A stretch of DNA of 64,000 nt, taken from the IMG/VR virus record IMGVR_UViG_3300006620_000015. One strand, written 5' to 3'. This stretch comes from an uncultured virus (IMG/VR IMGVR_UViG_3300006620_000015) (taxonomy: Duplodnaviria > Heunggongvirae > Uroviricota > Caudoviricetes). Of this stretch, positions 50,001 to 58,900 are shown piece after piece (the stretch's first letter is position 1; each line of letters begins with the position of its first letter). The notes beneath the pieces are model-generated. The model was not told the DNA's origin, made no database searches, and saw only the letters and a program-made list of their open reading frames with translations. Position numbers and translations under genes: made by a program.

Positions 50001-52697
50001 CGAATGATTTTCAACATAAATGGAGTTCCTCTGAGGATCCATAATAGTTGCTGTAAGTGTGGGGTTATCAGTAACACCAGCAAGTCTATATCCTGACAGT
50101 CTCAGTCTGTTGTCATCAATTCTTTCGACAGTAATGTTAGTACCATTGTTAATAGTTGTTCTATTTGCATTACTATCATAGTAATAGTGGATGTTACCAC
50201 TATTAGTGGCAAGAACATATTGTTCGCCTGTCGATGCGTTATGATTTGCTGCATAGATGGTGTCATTAGTAGTGGTATTTTGCTTACCCATCATGACAAA
50301 CATGTTCTGGGAACCATGACTACCAACACTGTTAAAGTAGCGGTCTACAGTAAAGTAGTAGTATCCCTGATAGTACCACCAATATGAGTTACTTCCAGTT
50401 ATTCTGAAATAATCATAATAGGCGTAATCACACCAAATATATGAAGTCCAGTAGTATGGAGATCCAATTCCTGCAGGACCATTAGCAGACGGAGGACTGG
50501 AGCTTGCTCCAGAAGTACTTCTTCCGACCCAATAACCGTTGCTATAGCTGTTTGAACTATAACCTTGGTGCTCGGTATCAGTCAGCATGTCCATGTTTTT
50601 TGGCCAGCGGTTACTGGAATTACCGCCTGGAAGAGATTGATGGTGGTAACCGTAGGTTCTCCAGTATGTACCGAAGAATCTATGCCATGCATCATTATAG
50701 TAGTAATAATTAGAACCATTATAACCACCAGCATGTGATCTATTCTGAGAGAAGAAGACCGTTCTATCCCAGTTCTGGTTACCAAGTCCATAGGTACGAC
50801 CATTCATATCATGACCAGAGTAGGTTCCCCTCCAGTTCCAATAGTACATATAGAAATAACCATGCCAATCATTATAATGCTTATATTCTCTATAGATGTT
50901 ATAGACCAAACCAAGATTGTGCTTACCATGAATAAATTCACCACCAGCACTAAGGTTTCTAGTGTAGCTGGTATTACCCTGCATAGAGTCTGATAACTGG
51001 AACTGATTATCATTAATCCTTCTTACCCAGTATACAGACATTCTCTGCAGACCATTAATTGGTTGATCGCCAGGATTTGGGTAATACAGAACAGAATATC
51101 CAGTCTGCAGATTATGACCATTGATGGTAATTCTATCGTTGCCATAATCAATATCAGATTCGTCAAATCTCAGAGTGTAAGTTGACTCAAGATTATATGG
51201 ATCAGTCTTAGTAATATCTGGTGAAATTACGTTTGAAGTAGAATCGACGTGAGAAATAAATGGTTTTCCATCAGGTGCAGTTGCAGTACCGTCCTGAACG
51301 TCAAAGATTTTAGGAGAAACGGTGTTTACAAAATAGAAGTTAGTATTATCTGAAAATCCGTGCTCGGATTCTGTTGTCAGGAATACTTTGGATGAAGTGG
51401 TGAAATCAACAGACATTTCTGCATCATCAGACATTCCAGAGTGATTCACACAATAATAGTAAAGTGTGCTAGGAGTCTGATAATCGACGTAAAGTCTTAC
51501 ATATGCACCAGAGGTTCCAGCAGTTCCGTTTGTATAAACATATGTTTCATAAGTATTTCCACCACCAGGCGCATGGGAGCCATCAGAAACGGTAGATAAT
51601 TGGAAACCATGTCCATTCATAGAAGCGTCAGACACATCAAAGATGTAAACCGCTTTTCTGGAAAGATCAAGGTCAGGAGTGATAGCTCCATCAATAAAAT
51701 ACTTATTAGCAGCAGTAGCAGCAGATGATACAGTTCCAGGTGACCCTGCACCTGTCGCAGTAATTGTATCACCAGCAACGGGTGCAAAACTACCATCAAG
51801 AATAAAAGTTACTTCTGTTCCATTAACTTTAGCAATTGTCGCAGTTCCAGTAGAGTTACCAGAGAGAGTTGCGTTTGCACCAACAGCAAAATCAGCGGGA
51901 GCAGTGGCGGTTAACGTAACCACCATAGTACTCTTTGTCGTAACATTCAGAGTATAGAAATCTGATAAGATTCCTTCTGCTTCGTTCAGAGCAACTTGAG
52001 AACCCTGGAAGAATTTACCTGGGATAATTGATGTATATGTTCCCTGTAATTCTCTACTATCTGGTTGTGCTGCTCTTGCTTTGTATGAGAACGTAGTGCT
52101 TGTAGGTACAGTTTGAATAAGATATGTACCCTCAGCACTGACTGAAGAAAGACCAGTTACTGTAATTGGAAGACCAGAGGTGAGACCATGGTCAAAACCA
52201 GTTTCTACGTTAATGATGTCAGAACCAATAACAGATTCTACCTTTTCAATGAAAGGAATGGTAGTATCAGAGGTTGATGAATAGAAAGAAGGAACGTTAT
52301 TAATTGTCTGTAAAGTTTCCCACTTAGAAGCCTGAGGACCGTACTCAAAGTCGGTGTCAATCAGGTTTTCTGGATTTGAGACTCTAAACTTAGAAACCGC
52401 GTCAACATAAGTCTCTGAAGGTTCAATGTTAACATAATCTTTCTCATAAAAAATTTGCAACTTGTCCGTAGAGGACATTTGGTTGCAGTTAAACGTCAGA
52501 ACAAACTCAGTTTCTTCTGACGTTGTATTATAGGTTGCCGACTCCATACCCAAAAACTCATCGGAGAAAATATAAATGGGTTTGTTATCAGTAACATTTG
52601 TAATCAGCAGAAGTTTTTCTGCTTTAATATTACCAGGAACCTTTACAGTATTTGTAGAGGGTTCAAAGGTGTAGTAGGGGACTAATCTTTTCGTCAT
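47013..52697 (-). CDS. Large virion structural protein (1894 aa)
   Basis: VSNPENLIDTDFEYG, HRPFDGG, RQTRKYFRYQSGKG, WYGAG, RSGNLPARYE and HWGTSVIMDG motifs of cyanophage structural proteins; repeated H.(F/L)..G..V.Y modules. Confidence 0.88.
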   Translation of the reverse strand: MTKRLVPYYTFEPSTNTVKVPGNIKAEKLLLITNVTDNKPIYIFSDEFLGMESATYNTTSEETEFVLTFNCNQMSSTDKLQIFYEKDYVNIEPSETYVDAVSKFRVSNPENLIDTDFEYGPQASKWETLQTINNVPSFYSSTSDTTIPFIEKVESVIGSDIINVETGFDHGLTSGLPITVTGLSSVSAEGTYLIQTVPTSTTFSYKARAAQPDSRELQGTYTSIIPGKFFQGSQVALNEAEGILSDFYTLNVTTKSTMVVTLTATAPADFAVGANATLSGNSTGTATIAKVNGTEVTFILDGSFAPVAGDTITATGAGSPGTVSSAATAANKYFIDGAITPDLDLSRKAVYIFDVSDASMNGHGFQLSTVSDGSHAPGGGNTYETYVYTNGTAGTSGAYVRLYVDYQTPSTLYYYCVNHSGMSDDAEMSVDFTTSSKVFLTTESEHGFSDNTNFYFVNTVSPKIFDVQDGTATAPDGKPFISHVDSTSNVISPDITKTDPYNLESTYTLRFDESDIDYGNDRITINGHNLQTGYSVLYYPNPGDQPINGLQRMSVYWVRRINDNQFQLSDSMQGNTSYTRNLSAGGEFIHGKHNLGLVYNIYREYKHYNDWHGYFYMYYWNWRGTYSGHDMNGRTYGLGNQNWDRTVFFSQNRSHAGGYNGSNYYYYNDAWHRFFGTYWRTYGYHHQSLPGGNSSNRWPKNMDMLTDTEHQGYSSNSYSNGYWVGRSTSGASSSPPSANGPAGIGSPYYWTSYIWCDYAYYDYFRITGSNSYWWYYQGYYYFTVDRYFNSVGSHGSQNMFVMMGKQNTTTNDTIYAANHNASTGEQYVLATNSGNIHYYYDSNANRTTINNGTNITVERIDDNRLRLSGYRLAGVTDNPTLTATIMDPQRNSIYVENHSFSNNELLRYDAVGAAAVAGLTTGNSYYVKVLNANRFALKSTIGQSEGDDITDSGTGLQSFENTTASFGTTDGSYTSTIAVGEKKLEVTVPFKIPPALKGFDANSAVNTSRDDITINNHFFANGVRVIYDAQGGTAIGGLTDGKDYYVIVVDNNIFQLAETLADAQNGTEITLTSAPGSSETHQLISASMSGQVSGTGTVTVVNGSRQVVGSSAAFQRFYKIGDTLRVVNPATTPGTIVEKRITAITDDDNLLVDTDFDFSASSLTYLIPSFIYVRPDGFFLHRPFDGGMEIGTSKSPNSRISRQTRKYFRYQSGKGIQTSFAINFIPQIPALSVSYTPSGADSTVAATGDLDGNVLTIADTTGLLVEMDVTGNSSLGAGTRVKRILSATQVEIAPALDSALTGDVTFEQLKLATITTAKPHNLTNELEVRVKDCSIVEYNTTALIHSVPDEFTFRYVLPTIPTNTVGGGFTTVSVVSWSGCSVRAGMFDDQNGFFFEFDGNTLNCVRRSSVQQLPGTISVTNASQIIDGTNTRFVSQISPGDNIVIRGMTHQVIKVHDNNRLTVQPSYRGLTATDVICTKTIDTRAAQSEWNIDKADGNGPSGYILNLDKIQMCYMDFSWYGAGKIRFGFKDQNGHVKYVHEFKHNNRLTESYFRSGNLPARYEVVNGPNPSYVGTLFHWGTSVIMDGTFQDDEAYLFTASGNVQKFTNATSQSASTSQNSFLRSDYTGSWWNRTWYVVVRFSTSDASKFSVGTLVYHASTANNYFLEGRPVDFRSRTTSSYYEAYFQYFEGTQSVFPYNYSSRINSNLGNPAVTSGTTMSIGAPAGVDNIIPSNIPLISIRLAPSVDSSITGSLGQREIINRMALKLDSVGILTTHETEITLILNPQLSTDEFQNVDDPSLCQLVQHKGDDIITGGAKILSFRASGSGNGQTASTEYDLSKLSDLGNSILGGDGIYPNGPDLLTVIANIVDSTDVSINNPYSVSARVTWQESQA

Positions 52698-52739
52698 TTG
52701 CTATTTTTCCTTATGATGTTTATCTATAATAAAGTAAAA

Positions 52740-52928
52740 TTAACTACCTAAAGCAATTGTAAAAGCAACCATAGATGCCTTTGTGGTTAGTTCATGTCCT
52801 CCTGCTGATACACCATCATGGACGACAGCTGTTTTTTTATCAGTGTCAACCGTGATTTCACCCTCAGCACCAATGAAAGTTTGATGTTGAGCTGTAGTTC
52901 CTCTACGAAACTGAACTTGGGTAGTCAT
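52740..52928 (-). CDS. Stand-alone Mtd_N / hyaluronidase-N-type fibre-attachment domain protein
   Basis: QVQFRRGTTAQH..F.GAEGEITVDTDK...VVHDG...GGHEL; TATAAATA upstream. Confidence 0.82.
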   Translation of the reverse strand: MTTQVQFRRGTTAQHQTFIGAEGEITVDTDKKTAVVHDGVSAGGHELTTKASMVAFTIALGS

Positions 52929-52972
52929 TTCTATCTAAGCTGGAGATTTTCTTCTTTTATTTATAAGAATTA

Positions 52973-55900
52973 TTATATTATGGTGCTGTAAGTTCTTGGT
53001 GGGCTAAAGAGAATAACTTTAGATATTGATTCGCCTTGAGTTCTGAATTCTGCGGTAGTGGGTTGTGTGATTCTAGTGACACTTCCTGGGTTCTCTCCGC
53101 TAATTCTAAACAGACTTGTAGAAACAACTTCTCCTTGTGCCCCAACTGATGTTTCGTCATAATCAATTGTTCTTGCAATTGTTGTGCTGACGACTGAGAA
53201 GAGTGAACCAGAACCAACATAATCATCGGTCTTAGATTCATCTGCATTTCCAGAGGCACTAACATATGCAAATACTTCGTTACCAAATGTAAGTTTGATA
53301 TCTGATGCTTCACCCGAAACTGTCGCTGATCCTTCAGCATCATAATTGCCCTTACTGAAGGACTCTGTTGCACCATTGCGGAATTCAAACAGCGTAGTGT
53401 TTTCAACATCAACTGTTCTGGATTCAGCAGCACCACCAAACGTAGTGAGAGAACCATCACCAAAATAGTTGAGAGTGATGACTGGAATAACAGTCTCATT
53501 AAGAACAGTTGCAGTTCCAGATCCAGCAAATCCTCTCGTCCTTGTGGCGGTTGCATTGCCAGTGAATTCATAGAGGAATGTCTCTTCTGCTGGATCAAAT
53601 CCAACAATCTCAGCAGCACCACCGAATGCAGAGAATGAACCTTCACCATCATAATTACCCTTGCTGAAGGATTCTTCCTTGACGCCAGAGATGAATGTTG
53701 TTCCAGAACCAACCTTCGTGCGAACGAATGGTGCTTCTGCGTCTCCAGAAATCGTGAAGAGTCCTGTAGATTCTTCGGAAACACTAGCAACTTCTGCTCC
53801 GTTGCCAACAGCAAACAGTGAACCAGAACCAGCAAATCCGCGAGTTCTGATAACTGGTTCGGCAGTACCATTGAATTCAAAGAGTCCTGTAGATTCTTCG
53901 GAAACTGTTGTGATCTCAGATGAACCACCAAGACTAAAGAGTGATCCAGAACCATTAAAGTTGAGGGTGACAACTGGGACTGCATTTCCATTAATTGTTG
54001 CAGAACCAGATCCTTGCTTAATTCTGGTGAAGGAATTCTGATCTCCACCAGAAGGAATAAACAGTGCTGTGCTTTCTGCTTCACTGACTGCAACTGCTTC
54101 TGCTGCACCACCAGTACCGAAGAGTGAACCATCGCCAACATGAGATGCTGTACGTTTTTCTGTTGCAGTACCACTAATAACTTCAGTTCCAGAACCATCA
54201 TAATTAAGAGTAATAACTGGTACTGCAGCACCAGAAGGTACGAACAGAACTGTAGATTCTGGTACTGCAATTGTTGTAGATTCAGCACCACTGCCAAATC
54301 CGAACATTGATCCGCCACCGAATAGGATGACGCGGATACGAACGATAGGTTCGCCACTAAACTTGAATGCTCTAGTCTCAATATCTGGGTTGAATCCAAC
54401 AACCTCAGCAGAAGATCCAGCAGTGAAGAGTGTTCCAGAACCATCATAATTAATGGTTCGTACAGGAACTGCATCTCCATAAACATTAAATCTCTCACCT
54501 TCAGGATTAGTGAAGATATTGAATAGGAGTTGCAGTTCTGGAGTACCATACAATCTTGGTGATCCGTCTGGGCGACCTCTCCAATGTGGGTTGAACTTGG
54601 AAGCAGCGGTGCCATTCAGTGTGAAGATAACTGTATCTTCTAATGGAGGTGTGATACCTCTGGATTCTGCTGCACCACCAATTCCGAACAGTGAACCAGA
54701 AGTTCCAGGATCTCTGTCATCACCATAGTAACCGAATACGCTGATCTTGCGAGTTCCACCGTCGCCGTTGACGAATGCAGAACCACCGATCTTGCCATAG
54801 ATGGAGTTGACATAACGAGGTGATGGACGATATCTGAGCCATTCTTCACCCTTATCATGGGTGTACATTCTGGAGAAGACACCCTTGGATACATAAGCAC
54901 CCTTGAATGCTGCATCTGCAGTACCCAGAATTTTAGGACTATGATCAGGTGCTCCTCTCCAGTGTGGACGGAACCTAACTGCGGCGTTGGGTGCGAGAGG
55001 AGTATCCTCTGGATATTTGATGAGTCCAGATCCGACCCAATTCTCAACATGCTTCTCAACTGCGCCACCACGCATTTTGAGCAGGAAGGTTTCTTCGGGT
55101 GTCTGAGCAACGAAGGATTCAGCAGCACCACTAGCACCAAACAGAGATCCACTAGAGAATTCAGTGAATGTCTGTTTGTGACCGCTATCTGCTCCAGTGA
55201 TTTCAAAGAGTTGACCAAGTGGACGCTCAGATCCAGGAACATCGATATTGAAACCGTAGTCAATAGTTGGAGGTACAGTCTCATCTGCAATGAGACCATT
55301 ATCAACATTTGTAGTTGGAGTGGTTGTAATAGAACCACGATCATCACTTCCAAAGGAATCACCGATTGAGGAAGTATTATAGTGGAATACAACTCTTTCA
55401 TCCTTCTGACCAATCTCAAACAGAGATCCAGATCCATTGTAAAGACCTTTGCTGAAGCTTTCTGCGAGAGATCCAGTAAAGTTGAAGAGAATTGTATTCT
55501 CATCATCACCAGAAGTAACTTTTTCGATCGCAGAACCAGAAATACTGATTTCAAATCTTTCAGCAGGAGGTGTGGAAGACTTGACTTCAGCACCTTCTCC
55601 ACTGAATCTAAACAGACCTGTCGCAGACTGAGTAGTCTGAGTAATAACAACTTGACCAAAGTCAAATTCGCCACCTGGAGTGACTGCACTTCCAACGTCG
55701 CCATAATCCAGAGTTCCACCAGAAGTAGTGATAGAACCCCAATCATCTGAGGGTTGTACAACCTCAATGGATTCGGTTGTATAATTATAAACTTTCTTCT
55801 CAATCTTATCACCGATATTGAACAGTGATCCAGTTCCAACAAAATCTCTTCCTCTTGGAGTTTCCGCAGAACCAGAAACCTTAAACTGCTCGTCGGGAAC

Positions 55901-58900
55901 ACCTCTCCAATGAGGCATGAATCTAAAGTCAGTGTCTGCACTCTGACCTTTATAGAATCTAATGAATCCTTTTTTGGCAACATAAGGACCACGGAAGAAC
56001 TGATCTTTAGATTCTCCACTAAACTTATAAAGACCAGTCGCAGACTGGGTGGTCTGAGTTATAACAACCTGACCGAAATCAACTTCACCGTCAGGTGTAA
56101 TTGCACTTGAAACATCACCAAAATCAAGATTCTGAGTTGCATTAGAAGTGATCAGACCATAATCTTCTGGTTGCTCAACAACAACAATGGATTCTGTGGT
56201 ATAACGGAAGGTTGCACTTTCAAACTTATCTCCAAGTCCGAAGAGTCTGCCTGCACCAACGAAATCTCTAGCTCTTGGAGTCTCAGCAATACCAGTAAGC
56301 TTACCTTGCTCATATGGACGTGACCTCCAATGAGGCATGAATCTAAAGTCAGTTGGCGCACTCTTACCTTTGTAGATCTTGATAAGACCATCTTTGACGA
56401 CATAAGGACCGCGTAAGAACTGATCTTTAGATTCTCCACTAAACTTATAAAGACCAGTAAGAGATTCAGTGGTCTGAGTAATACCAATTTGACCATTGTC
56501 AAATTCACCACCAGGAGTAATTGCACTACTGATAGTACCGTACTCAAGATTTTGCGTTGGGGTAGAAGTAATCAGACCATAGTCTTCTGGATTCTCTACA
56601 ACAACAATAGATTCGGTGGTATATCTGAAGGTTGCACTTTCAAACTTATCTCCAAGTCCGAAGAGTCTTCCACTTCCAATGAAAGGTCTTACCTGAGCAT
56701 ATGTGTGGAATTCTCCACCTGGACCATTGCTGATTCTTGGAGGATTAGTTGTAGTAGTATCAGTTCTCCAATGTGGACGGAATCTGAAGTCTGCAGGATC
56801 TTGCTGATCGTTGAAGATTCTGATTGGAGGACTCTGACGATTCCAATTGAAGGTTGGGAAATATTGCTCGTCTGCAGAACCGTAGATGCGATAGAGTCCG
56901 AATGGATTCTCATCACCGATGATGTTGCTAACATCACCATAATCCTCGGCAAGTCCAGAATCAAATAGATTGGTAATTAAACCATAATCTTCATTGGTCG
57001 TAGATGCTGATGTAACACTACCATTATCATATTGCTGATCTGTAGGAGCAATAGATGCTGTAGTGTAAGAGTATGTCTTACTTTCAAGTCTATCGCCAAT
57101 ATGGAAGAGTGATCCAGATCCAATGAATGGTTTGACGTTTGCATATGTATTTCCTTCGCCACCAGGAGCATTTCTAATCTCAAAGAGTGCTGTGGACTCA
57201 CCTGCCTGCGAAACAAACTTGAGGTTACTGTAACCACCAGTAATTGAAATTCTTGCAGTAGAACCAAGATATGCAACTGGATTGGAATGAGCAATGTCAC
57301 CACCACTCAACTCATATAACTTACCAAATGGTTGAGTAGTCTGGAGAATTGCTACCTGACCAAAGTCAGTTTCACCAAGACCATATTCTGTAACTTGACC
57401 ATAATCTGTGGTAGAACCAGAAGAAGTAATTTGACCATTGTCAACAGGTGTTCCAAGTTCTAGTATAGAAGATTCGTTGTAGTCAAATACTGTCGATTCA
57501 ATACCACCACCAGAACTGAACAGAGTACCAGAGGTATAATAAGTACCCTTAACTGTGATGATTGGTGACATTCCACCACCAAACTTAAGGAATTCTCCTT
57601 TGCTGGTCTGATTTTGAGTGAGACCGTAAGTGTAAACCTGTGCTGAAGGTTCAACAAATTGAACAGTTGCACGACCACCAGAAAGGAAGAATGATGTTGG
57701 TTGAATATCAAATGGGGTAACTATTGATGTTCCAGCACTATTCAGTAATTCAATCTGAGTAATGGCATAATTATCAGCAGTACCATCAGGACCAAGTTGA
57801 ACAATTCTATAGCGTTGAGTACTACTTGTTAGAAGGTTACTATTTAATGGTAATACTATACGAACAGGTGCTGTAACTCCATCAGCGGAATCATGTGCAA
57901 GAATAGTTCCATATTGAAGGAAATTTCCATTATTAAATGCAGGATCTGGAGAATAGTACAACCGCAGGTGCTCACCAGACTCAGGAGCATTACCACCATT
58001 AGTACCATTTCCTCTGATGACAGTAATTGCCATCTGATCAAATTCACTGGCATCAACTTGGAATGTTAGAGATCTAGCCTGGTTACCTGCACCTCCACCT
58101 TCAAAGGCAAGATGTCTTCCAATATTGAATCCACTTGTACTACCAGTTCCAGTTCCAGCATTTCGGACATTAACATCATCAAATATAGCATTGTAACTAG
58201 ATACATTTACAAAATCATCTGGCAGGATGGTGAGAGGTGTAATTGCATTTTCTGTGACACGCTCAATAGCACCACGATATGCTCTTGGATTAGCATGTGC
58301 GCTATCTCCACCACTGATCTTGATATCACCAAACTTGAATGATGCTGGATTCAGTTGACCATAATCTTGAATTCCATTTGTGAATGGAATTGTAATAGTT
58401 CCATAATCCTCATTGACCCCAGCAGATTGATCAACAGTTCCTTGATCAACGGAATCAATTGTATCATATACTTGACCTGAACCTACAGTAGTGTTCTCTA
58501 ATAACTTAACATATTCAATACCCCATTGATCATACTGAGAACCACTATGTCTCTCTTGATGGAATTTTAATAATACATTGCTAGTTTTTGCTGCTTCTGG
58601 AATGTCAAGTGTTACGAGACTAAACGTGCTTCCAGTAAATCTTGCATCTTCAGCATCAAGAACAGTAATTTGAGTATATGTGGTTCCATTATCAGTACTG
58701 TAAGAGATCTTAAGATCTTCATCGGGATCACAGTTCTCTCCACCATTATTACTAGTACCCGCAATCGCGGTAAATTCAAACTGATTATAATTTGTTAGGT
58801 CAAGTTGACCCAAGGTAAGTATTCTTGGGTTAGCACCAGCGTTATTACTTTGAGATTGACCAGTAAACCTCCAATATGTTGTTGTGCTGGAATTAAATCC

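Noticed and set aside
52740..52928. Mtd_N domain as sign of a diversity-generating retroelement
   Set aside because: No reverse transcriptase and no template/variable repeat pair with adenine-specific mismatches seen; the 420-bp duplicate differs at all base types
52978..56019. Long same-strand alternative-frame ORFs (545 aa and 459 aa) inside the 2471-aa gene; possible overprinting or programmed frameshift
   Set aside because: Leu/Val-dominated translations are expected from shifting Gly/Ser/Thr codons ending in T; no motifs, RBS or obvious slippery site seen
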